Source: Malacoraja senta | Lineage: Eukaryota | Direction: 5' to 3' | DNA: 64,000 nt | Assembly: GCA_038087875.1 (NCBI GenBank) | Contig: CM076001.1 | Span: 1,426,001 to 1,490,000 of the forward strand | Shown here: positions 37,975-47,705 of the stretch, piece after piece | Layout: every line of letters begins with the position of its first letter | Numbering within the stretch: the first letter of the stretch is position 1 | Program-made: the position numbers and the translations under genes | The notes under the pieces: generated by a model | Database searches by the model: none | What the model saw: the letters and a program-made list of their open reading frames with translations, nothing else | What the model was told of the DNA's origin: nothing

Positions 37975-38960
37975 TTGTCCGCATGTCGAAACGTTCTATT
38001 TGTTCGGTGTAACTTGAACTTGATCTTAATTTCAACTGTTTCTGCCTTCAAGGCACCCACATTTGCCTTTACTAATCTTTTTCTCTTAACATACCTAAAT
38101 AAGCTTTACTGCCCTTTAAATACCTGGCGAACTTACGTTCGTACTTCATCTTTTCACCCCGTATTGCCCTTTGTGTTACATTCTGATGTCCTTTGAAAGT
38201 TTCCCAATCCTCCGGCTTCGCACCACTCTTTTCTATGTTATACATCTTTTCTTCTATTTTTATACCGTCCCCAACTTCCTTTGTCATCCACGGTTGCCTC
38301 TTACTCCCCTTAGATTTTTTCTTTATCCTTGGAGTGAAATGATCCTGCATCTTCTGTATTAGGCCCAGAAATTCCTGCCATTGTTGTTCCTCCGTCATTC
38401 CTGCTAGGATCATTTTCCAGTCGACCTTGGCCCGCTCCTCTCTCATGCCGTTATAGTCCGTTTTGTTCAACTGCAACACTGACAATTCTGATTTAACCTT
38501 CTCCCTCTCAAATTGCAGATTAAAACTTATCATATTATGGTCACTCCCTCCTAGCGATTCCTTTACCTTGAGTTCCCTTACTAAATCTGTTCCATTAGAC
38601 AACACTAAATCCAGAGTTGCCTTCTCTCTGGTAATTTCCAATACAAGCTGCTTGAAGAATCCGTCTCTACAAACTCGCTTTCTTGGGTTCCTGACCCAAC
38701 CTGATTTCTCCAGTCAACGTGCATTTTGAAAACTCCCTAATAACAGTGGCATTAAATTTGTTACATGGCAATTTTAACTCCTGCTGCAACTTGCACCCTA
38801 TGTCCAGGCCACGTTTTGGGGGCCTGCAGATAATTTCGATTGTCGTCTTACCTTTACAATTCCTCAATTCAATCCACAGCGACTTTACATCGTCAGTCCC
38901 TCTGTTACCCCTCCGAATTGACTGAAATTCATCCCTCAACAACAGAACTACCCCACCTCA
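37975..38960 (-). mobile_element. CR1 ORF2 endonuclease/linker fragment
   Basis: SLWIELRN, LDLVLSN, GGSDHNMISF motifs in ORFs 38667-38942 and 38072-38641. Confidence 0.85.
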
Positions 38961-39209
38961 TCTGCGACCTGCCTTGATCATAATGAATTGCCGTGCTGGA
39001 TCGAAGGGAGAGTGGCTTACTCCTACACCTATTTTCTATGTTTCTATGTTTCCCCATCCCTGCAGGTGAATGAATTAATTACAATCTGTGCGTTCCCTTT
39101 CACCGGCTCGTTGACATTCGGAGGGAACCCGGTACCCAGCCCGACTATCGTCGATCTTATAAGCCGCGGTGCAGCAATTCCCACTATCTTTGGCCGTGCA
39201 GCTTCTCAT

Positions 39210-39250
39210 CAAACAAACAAACAAACAAACAAACAAACAAACAAACAAAC
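39210..39250. repeat. (CAAA)10 microsatellite
   Basis: Direct reading. Confidence 0.97.
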
Positions 39251-39952
39251 ATACCTTGCATCGGCCTTCCTCCATTATTGCGGAGTTGCACAGAGGAGCA
39301 ACAGCCTCTGTTGACAAAACACCTGCCCCATCCGTTCAGTATAGTTTATTGTCACGTATACCAAGGTACAGAGAGAAACTTTGTTGCGTACTAACCATTC
39401 AGCGCAGAGACAATACATGGTAACAATCGAGCCATTCACAGTGTACAGATACATGCGCAGGGAATACAGTTTAGTGCAAGATAAAGCCAGCAAAGTTCGA
39501 TAAGGTTAGTCCGATGGTCAGCGATGAGGCAGATAGTATGGCAGGACTGCTCTCTGGTGGTGGTAGGATGGTTCAGTTGCCTGATAAGCGCTGGGAAGAA
39601 TCTGTCCCTGAATCTGGAGGTTTGAGTTTACACACTTCTATATCTTCTGCCTGATTGGAGAGGGAACTGTGCCTTCACCCTAACTACTACCCCCATATGA
39701 TCAGTTGCCTGAATGGTTGAAATGGTCTACCGAACGTCAGAGAAACGTCAGAGCCACATCAGATGCTTCACATCAGATTCCAGGCCACGAAACAAACCAG
39801 CAGATTTGACGATCCCCTTCTCAAACTCTCACTCTCCTCGCACATCGATTTTCAAAAATTCCCAGAGCACCGCCCGCAACGAAACGAAAAGGCCAGCTGA
39901 GGTTCCCGCTCAGTGCGTCTGGACAGGTGCAGGATCAGTCGGGGGACCTGGG

Positions 39953-39997
39953 CTCCAGCCTCTCGTCACGTAAACCATTTTTCCCGGAGAACGCGCG
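39953..39997 (+). promoter_or_regulatory. NAR-TCR V proximal promoter with CRE-like CGTCACGT
   Basis: CGTCACGT at 39964-39971, 27 nt before the leader ATG; conserved with 36787-36820. CRE-type elements are known in TCR V promoters. Confidence 0.6.
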
Positions 39998-40487
39998 ATG
40001 GGAATCCTCCTGTTTTTTGTGTTGTCACTCTGCTTGCGCCGTGAGTACCAGTCCCCTACTCCCACACAGTGCGGGTTGAACATAAAACAACTCGAGTCCA
40101 CTCCGACCTGAATTTCCAACTCTGTCCGCGATTTATCCTTCTTCCGTGGTTCGCCTCGAATTCCCACTCACCTCACCCTGTGTTTCATCTACAGACACCT
40201 TCAGTCAGTCAGTGACCCAGAGCCCGAATGCGGTGACTGGAAAAGAGTGTCAACCCGTCACCATCACATGCCTTTTCCAAGAAGGTTCCTGGGGTAGCTA
40301 CATACTTGATGTAGGACGTTTCTTCAAGCAAGCACAAACCGGTGCTGAACGGCAGCGGATCACAACAGGTGGAGGGGTCGTTGTGTCGACCAAAAAAGCG
40401 GAAAAGACCTTTACGTTGAAAATTCGTGGTTTGAGAGTTGAGGACATGGCCACATATCACTGTCAAGCTGAGTACAGATGGAGAGAG
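39998..40487 (+). CDS. NAR-TCR V gene (IgNAR-like V): leader + V exon
   Basis: join(39998..40040,40195..40487): MGILLFFVLSLCLRHTFS-QSVTQSPNAVTGKECQPVTITCLFQEGSWGSYILDVGRFFKQAQTGAERQRITTGGGVVVSTKKAEKTFTLKIRGLRVEDMATYHCQAEYRWRE. FR2-to-second-Cys spacing matches a recalled VNAR sequence (CDR2 deleted); extra FR1 Cys; GT-AG phase-1 intron. Confidence 0.88.
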
Positions 40488-40525
40488 CACAGTGATGGGC
40501 CTGCGGTTCCAGCAATACAAAAACC
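40488..40525 (+). other. 22-bp-spacer RSS of NAR-TCR V
   Basis: CACAGTG + 22 nt + ACAAAAACC (perfect heptamer and nonamer). Confidence 0.95.
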
Positions 40526-40847
40526 CTGACGGCAGATTCTAGTACAAACGTGAAGACGCGAGGTGAATCCACCGGGTAACCCACGGTACCGTTTTGTCCC
40601 GGCTGCCCTGCATTTTAGGTTGTAACGGATGAAATGCGTGCTATTCAACAATGGGGTTTCCCTATTTGGCGAGTGCGGCTGGATAATGCCCCCTTTACCG
40701 AAAACGGTGTAACCGAACTGCCATCCAGAATGACTTACCGATCTTCTAATGCACAACTCCAGACGGGATCTAGTTACAGAAGCTGCAATCCGAAAAATGC
40801 ATTCGCTGAACGTTAATCTCCTGCCCGCCCGTCTCGCCGGACGCCTG

Positions 40848-40918
40848 GGGATTTGTAACTGGCGTGAAACAACGTGTGGCAATGGGTATCCACAGTGGAA
40901 GAGAGTCGAGTAAAAACT
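40848..40918 (+). other. NAR-TCR D segment (40877-40890) with flanking 12/13-bp and 12-bp RSS
   Basis: GGGATTTGT + 13 nt + CAACGTG | tggcaatgggtatc | CACAGTG + 12 nt + GTAAAAACT. All three D frames are open (WQWV, GNGY, AMGI). The 5' RSS is degenerate. Confidence 0.8.
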
Positions 40919-41218
40919 CACCCCATTCAAGATATATGTCCTTGGGTTCCGGAACCAAAATCAAACGATTGTTGTTCGTGACGCTGTAGTCCAGTTAAAT
41001 TGCATAGGGATTACCACATTCCGTTAACATTCCTTAATAATTGGTTCTGTGTTTGTAAAAGCACACCAGGAGCTCACTCTGCTCTTAGCTCTGTTTCTTA
41101 GCGGGAGCCGGTCGACCCACCGAGGATTGGGGAGCAAGGACAATTACTGGTTGGTCTGAAACTCCTGTAATAATTGGACAGCGATTCTTATGGTTGCCGG
41201 GCAAATCGTGGTGAGAAC

Positions 41219-41257
41219 TGTTCTTGTACTGCGAGCATCGAGAGACGGGGCACTGTG
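41219..41257 (-). other. 23-bp-spacer RSS of NAR-TCR J
   Basis: TGTTCTTGT + 23 nt + CACTGTG on the + strand. Confidence 0.88.
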
Positions 41258-41315
41258 CCTTCATGGCCCACTTACTATCAGGATGGGACGGGGACTACGG
41301 TGACTTTCACAGCCG
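41258..41315 (+). CDS. NAR-TCR J segment
   Basis: PSWPTYYQDGTGTTVTFTA + phase-1 donor G|gtaagt; DGxGT motif is IgNAR-J-like; splices in frame to the acceptor at 44564. Confidence 0.88.
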
Positions 41316-44300
41316 GTAAGTACCGTAAACCTCTCTTATCCATGGCTATTCTTGTAAATATTCAGTTCCCTTTAATATTGGATCATGAGGCATCAATTGG
41401 TTTACAATTGAAACAGATTCTATTGATAAAGTGTTCCAGCAACTTGGTCCAGATGTTACGGTACACGTGAGTCCAAGGAGAGGATATGTCGGGCTCCCCG
41501 GGAGCACAAGGTTAATCAGGTTCAAGAATAGCTACTTCCCCAAAACCACCAAGATCGGGAACACCACACAGTGCTAACCACTCCTATGAATTTCTACGCA
41601 GACACAAGTAAATGCGGACGCTGAAATCGGAATCTGAAGTCTAGATACCAAATGTCGGCTATCAATGTTCTCCTGAAATGGTGCCAGACCCGCGCAGTTA
41701 ATGCTACCACCAAACTGCCGGCTTGCTCCAAAACACTATGCGAATTCACCCTCTTGGTCTACAAGTTACTGCAACACTTTGTGTTCATAAACATTTCATA
41801 ATTGTCTCTGGTTATACAAAGGATTTGTTTTTTTTGTTGCTCTAGGATTGTGGCCATTAAGTTATTGAGTTAGTTTGTGTATCATACATTATGAGAGGAA
41901 TGGGGTGATCGCACGGAAGTGTATAAAATCATGGGAAGAATAGATCGGGTAGATACGCAGAGTCTCTTGTGCAGAGTAGGTGAGTCGAGGAACGGAGGAC
42001 ACAGGTTTAAGCTGAAGGGGAAGATTAATACGATTTGAGCGGTAACGTTTTCACACGGAGGGTAGTGGGTGTACAGAACAAGTTGCCAGAGTAAATAGTT
42101 GAAGCTGGCACTAACCCACTGTTTAAGAATCAGTTAGACTATACATGGACAGGACCAAACGCGGGCAGGTGGCACAAATGTAGCTTTGACATGTTGGCCG
42201 GTGTGGGCAACGTGGGCCGACGAGCCTGTTTCCGCATTATATCGCTACATGACTCTATGACTCTGTTATCTGAAAAAGCATATTGCATTTCTAGGCCTGT
42301 GTGCATCTACAAGTAAGAATGTCATGTTCCGTTGTCGGAACAGAATATATTTGAACACCCTGGAATCGTTACTGTTGATTCTAACGGGCAATGACTGTTG
42401 GCCGTAACAGCTATGCCCACATCCAAAACAAAGACAAAGACGATAAGGTATAGATGCAGAGTTAGGCCATTTGCCCAAATTGAAAGCCGCCGTTGGAAGT
42501 TAAAACGAAAAGTGCGTGGGTGAAGTCTGCGGTATGTAGCAAGGATCAATTCAGAGAAAAGAGGGAAAGTATCCGAGTTTGGAGCGTGAGGGCGAAATGC
42601 CGATGACAATGCTGCTCAAATCTCAATCAGAGTGATCAGAGTGATCAGAACTTATCCTTCTCAAGTCCAGCGTGTGTAGGCTTGGAGATAGCAAACGCTT
42701 CTTATGCGCGACCGAATGATCCCCCAAATAATTCGCGTAAACCTCCGCTTGGCAATCTCCAAAGCCACCATATCCTTCCTTAGATACGGGACCCAAAACT
42801 GCTCGCGATATTCCAAATGTGATCACATCAGTGCCTAAAAAAACATCTACGATTTACATTTTAGCTTCCTGTTTTTATATTCAAGTCATCTCGAGATTAA
42901 TGCTAAAATTTAATTTGTCTCCCTGAACGACGATTCGCTCTGCAAATTCACATTTTGGAATTCCCGCACCAACATTCCCAAGTCCCTTTGCACCTCCATT
43001 TCTGAATCCTCTCGCCATTTGGAAAATAGTCGACGTCGTCATTCCCTCCGCCAAAGTGCATGTCCGTATAGTGTGCTGTGTCGTATTTCATCTGCCACTT
43101 ATTTGCCCCCCTCTTCCAACCTGTTCAAATAACTCTGGAGACTCCATGCTTACTCAACACTACCTGCCCCTTCACCTATTTTGGCATCGTCCACGATATC
43201 AGCCGCAAAGCCATCAATTCCATCACCCAGATCGTAAACATACAACGGAAAAAGGAGTGGACCCAACATTGACCCATTAGTCACAGGCAGCAAGCGGAAA
43301 AGATCACTTTTATTCCAATATTTTGCCCTGCAACGGACAGCCTGTCCTCTATCCACACTGATACCTTATCTCTAACACCGATACTCCTATCTTAATTAGC
43401 CGCTTCGCGTCCTGCACCGTTTAATATGCATCAGAAATTTTAAGTCAGCAGCATTTGTGACTTTACTTTGTCCATCGTACTTGTTACGTTTACAAATAAT
43501 TTCAACAGTTTTGTCAGGCAAAAGCCCCCACCAGCTGACTTCGCCGATTTTATCGTGTGCTTGAAGGTAACTGGAACCTCATTTTTACTAATGGTCTCTA
43601 AAATCTTACCAACTATTGAAGTCGTGCTACCCGCCTTATCATTACAACGGGCTTATAAATTTCCCCATACAATTTATGGGATTAATCCACGACCGCTGCG
43701 TGCGAAAGCCAGGGAAACAATCTATTTCTTATTTCCAGGAAACAGATGGAGGTTTTGCAGGAGAGTAGATGGGCTGCGAGTGAAACTGGACCCTCTGTAA
43801 ACATTCCACAAACTGTAATCAAACGACAGCTGGCAGACCTGTTGAAACGGTTCTCGGGAGATGAAAATATGACCCGCAAGCAGCAAAAAGCGGGCGAACA
43901 AGATTGAAAACCAAAACTGTTCTTCAATGAAATGAAAGTAAAACGCAGACGGACGTGGCCCAGTGAAGAAAAAACAACAACTCTTAATACATAAAGGGCA
44001 AAGTATTTATCCCGGGTTGTGTATATTGCACTTAAAAGATGACCTTCCAGTTGCTAAACACAGAAGGCTGTGGAGGCCAAGTCAGGGGCGAAAATAAGGC
44101 AGCGATAGATAGATTTTTGATTAGTCGAGGCGTCAGAGGTTATTGTTATTGCGGAGATTTTCTGCTTGGGTTTTGATCCGAGATCTAGGGTTTCTTCCCA
44201 CACTCCAAATACGGAGAGTTTTGAAGGGCAATTGGCTTTCTATAACTGTAAATTATCCATCTTGTGTGTGGGATAGTGTTAATGTGCGGGGATTGCAGGG

Positions 44301-44563
44301 CGGCGCGGACTTGGTGGGCCGAAGGGCCCGTTTCCGCGCTGTGTCCCTAAACTGAACTAAACCAAACTAAACTGAACTAAAGTATACCAACCTAAACGAA
44401 ATTAAAACTCAACTCGTCGCAGGAACAATTACAAGATTCATAAATAACGTTTCCATACATTTTGCAACCATGTGATGAACTACCGGAAACCAGTTTCTGT
44501 GCATGTCACCGTCGCCAACAGTCAATGTTAAAACAATAACAATTCCCTTGTTATTTTCTGCAG

Positions 44564-44869
44564 ATTCCATTTCCGCGGGTTCCCAGAGTCCGCCTCAACA
44601 ATCCTCTCTTTCTGGTGACACTGTCTCTCTTAACTGCGTATATTCCGGATTCTGTTCGTACACAGTACACTGGTTCCGACATTTCCCAGGGCAGGCTCTG
44701 GAATTCCTGCTCCAAAGACACACTTCAGGAAAGCAAGATGAGGAAGAGGCTGCCGAAGGCCGCATTACTGGTTCTCTCGATCCTGGCCAGAAAATCAGCC
44801 AGTTAACGGTATCTGAAATGCTGCCGGGCGACGCGGCTGTGTATTACTGTGGGATGAGTCCGCGCATCG
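44564..44869 (+). CDS. Leaderless supporting TCR-delta V segment, copy 2
   Basis: Acceptor ttctgcag|at; intact frame SISAGSQSPPQQSSLSGDTVSLNCVYSGFCSYTVHWFRH...DAAVYYCGMSPRIA; CDR1 Cys; 7 nt differences from copy 1. Confidence 0.9.
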
Positions 44870-44908
44870 CACAGTGACACAGCGCAGTGCGATAGCTGTA
44901 CCAAAACC
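44870..44908 (+). other. 23-bp-spacer RSS
   Basis: CACAGTG + 23 nt + ACCAAAACC. Confidence 0.95.
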
Positions 44909-45078
44909 TCAGCGTGGCTGAATACAGGCACAGAGCACTGCAGAACATCTGGAGCGCTATCCGAGAATCTCAGTGTAGTATGGATTGATTGCACGTTGCG
45001 AGGGAAGGAAAGAAAGAGAAAGATTACAAAGATCAATTATATTGATATTTACAGAAACACAATTAGTCTGGGATCAGA

Positions 45079-45099
45079 GACACACACACACACACACAC

Positions 45100-45131
<32 letters not shown>
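45079..45131. repeat. Compound (CA)n(GA)n microsatellite
   Basis: Direct reading. Confidence 0.95.
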
Positions 45132-45132
<1 letters not shown>

Positions 45133-47705
45133 TGTTGTCTATCTCTACTCCGACGCTGAGAAGTTTCGAAGCTACCTTTCAAAAGTTTTTTGTCGAAGGT
45201 AGAGGGACCGAGGCAGTGAGAGTTCGAGGTTTGACCAAACGTCGGACTGCGGAAACTTTCCTTTTTGTGATGATTCCCAGCGAATCTGAGTGCCGCGAGA
45301 GCGGCAGTGGCTGGCGGATTGCCACTCGTACCTGGAGACGGGGATTCGGAAAGTGGCCATGTTTATATCGTTTCTAGCACCGTAACCCTGCTCCCATGCC
45401 GTTTTTGCCCAGAGCAGGTCGCCTGGGCTGAAAATATGAGGGTACTTTTCGAATCCGGCAGTTTCCGGAGGCTTGGAAGGCCTGATAAAAAGACCCCATA
45501 GAGATGCTCTCGGCAGACAATTTGGGCTTGGCGTATTTCCTTGCTCGGCTGGAGAGAACTGCTTCTGCTGAAACTGACTCACAGATCGCTCTTGAGCTGA
45601 GACTGCTGTTGTCTGAGGTGCTGGTTTGTACCGCTGTCAGGATAGCGGCGGCATGATCTCAGGCTCAGAGCTACGCAGCTGTGGTTTCGGCTGCGTCTTC
45701 GGGGTCTCTCGAATAGGAGCTTTATGTTGACTTGGGGAGGTGAGGTCCAGGCTGACTAGGCTTATACAGCCCTGGCGTGACCCGCGTTCTAAAGGGATCT
45801 TGCGTTTTAAGAGGTGGGTGTTTATGAAGGTGAGAACGGGGTCGGGCGTAGAGGGGAGCTTCTTCGTGGAGCATGATGGGATTCCCTACCGCGTGCGTTG
45901 CAGTTGGGGGGAGGCACCGTGTCATGCGTGCAAGGAGTTTGGATACGTCCGCAGGGATTGTCCCAATCGTCGGGATGCTGCGAGAAATCCCAACGCAGCA
46001 GCACAGGAAAGCACTGCTGGTCCATCCGGGGCTGCCAGTTCCACCTCGGTGACCCGGAGCGACATTGGTGGGCTCTATGAGGCTCCCCGCCCCCCACGTT
46101 CTGTACCTGCCGCGGCGGATGATGGCGAGGCCCAGGGGAGCTCGGCGGGGGTGTGTGGAGGGGGGGGGATTCCGATGCAGAGAGGGAAGAAGTCCAAGAA
46201 GAAGAATACACACCTCCAAACAAGCCACCCGCAAGATGAAGGCCCACGCCCACACCTGGGCAATCCCAAAGGGAGAATGTTGGTCCCTGTAAGGTCCAAG
46301 AAGCACCTGGCGGGGTTCAGCAAGGAGCTGGGGAGGTTCACAAGGGGGGCAGAGAGAAAGCTGGTAGTGTGGAGTCGGAGGACTCTTCCTTTGTTGAGGT
46401 CACTCTACCGCCGCACTTCAGCGGGACAAAAAGAAGGCCTGGGCCCTTTGAGGGAGTGCCCAAAGTTATGGGGCAACCTTCTTCGAGACCTTCCTCCACT
46501 GTCGAGGTCGGTGACCTTCCGTGCGTGTTATCTCACGTGTTGCTGGGGTTGGCGCCCCTAGAAATGTGTCCCCTGGTATGGAGGACAAGCAGAGGCAACC
46601 CGAAAGGGGAGGATGGGGTTTAGGGGTGGTTTCCCAGCCTGTGCTCCTCATTAGAGCTCCTCATTAGAGCTATCTGAGGGATTGCTGCCCCATCGACTGA
46701 GGAAGTAGGGGGGAATCCAGAGTCACCTACTCCTTCAAAAAGGCCATAGTGAGGATACTCCCCTGGTGGCGGAGGCTGCAGTCTCTCTGGGTGATACTGT
46801 TGTAGCGGGTACCCTTGGTGCGGAAGGGGACGGGGCTGTCTCGGGTCGTGACCCTCAATCGGATTCCGGGGGTGCCTGCGAACCGCGGGCCCTGGCGACG
46901 TCTCTTGTTTGTTCTTTCCCAGTTCCAGTTTTAGGAGGCTATGGGTGTGTGCACGAGTCTGGCCATTCACTGGCCGGCTCATCGCTGTCAGAGTTATCGG
47001 GACCTTCCCTCGACACTGATCCCGGGGGTGGGATCATGCCGGAGGAGGGGGAGCGCGATGTAGCCAGCTTACAGCTTATGCAGCGGGGCGAGCGAGCTGG
47101 CAGCCAGCGGCAGCACTCCGAACTCAGACGATGACCTTGAGCGTAGCGAGGGGGGAGATGTTGCTTCAGGTGTCAGTGGTTTGGCACAATGCCCGGATTC
47201 CAATGCTGTGTCTATTAGGGCCGGTATCTGGGAGCTTCTGGAGTTTCTAAAGCAAACAAGTGCAGTAGTAACAAACTGGTAAACAGTGGCCGGAGCAGCC
47301 GGGACTTATCCCGCCACTTGATGATACCTTTCGCAGTAAAGAGGTTGTCCCGAGTCTGAGACGCATCAGTTCGGGGACGTTTTGAAGCTTCTAAGACGGA
47401 GAAGCCCCACTCCTACGAGAGTGTGAGGGAAAACCTTCCCTGTGTCTTCAACATGAAGATCACAGTTTCTAGTCTAAAGATAAATGGCGGAAGGGGGGAC
47501 CTTCGTAGGTTTCATCATCTATCAGTCCTCAGAAAGGGGAAATATCAGTAGGTTTTCTGCAAGAGACGCATATTGTTGCCAGTGATGAACCCATCTGTCT
47601 CCTGGAGTGGGAAGGGGGTGGGGGGGAGGGTTCTACATGAGCTAGCTCAGCACAAATTCGAGTGGGGTGGCCTTCCTGTTGCCGACGATTTTCCAGTCAG
47701 AGGAC
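45132..47705 (+). mobile_element. Tx1-group LINE 5' portion, copy 2
   Basis: ORF 45740-46561 with CHACKEFGYVRRDC; ORF2 ATG at 47453. Confidence 0.75.

Noticed and set aside
41567-41573. CACAGTG heptamer downstream of J (others at 35176 and 39437)
   Set aside because: No nonamer at 12 or 23 nt; the paralogous site at ~12520 lacks the heptamer; the other two lie in dispersed repeats.
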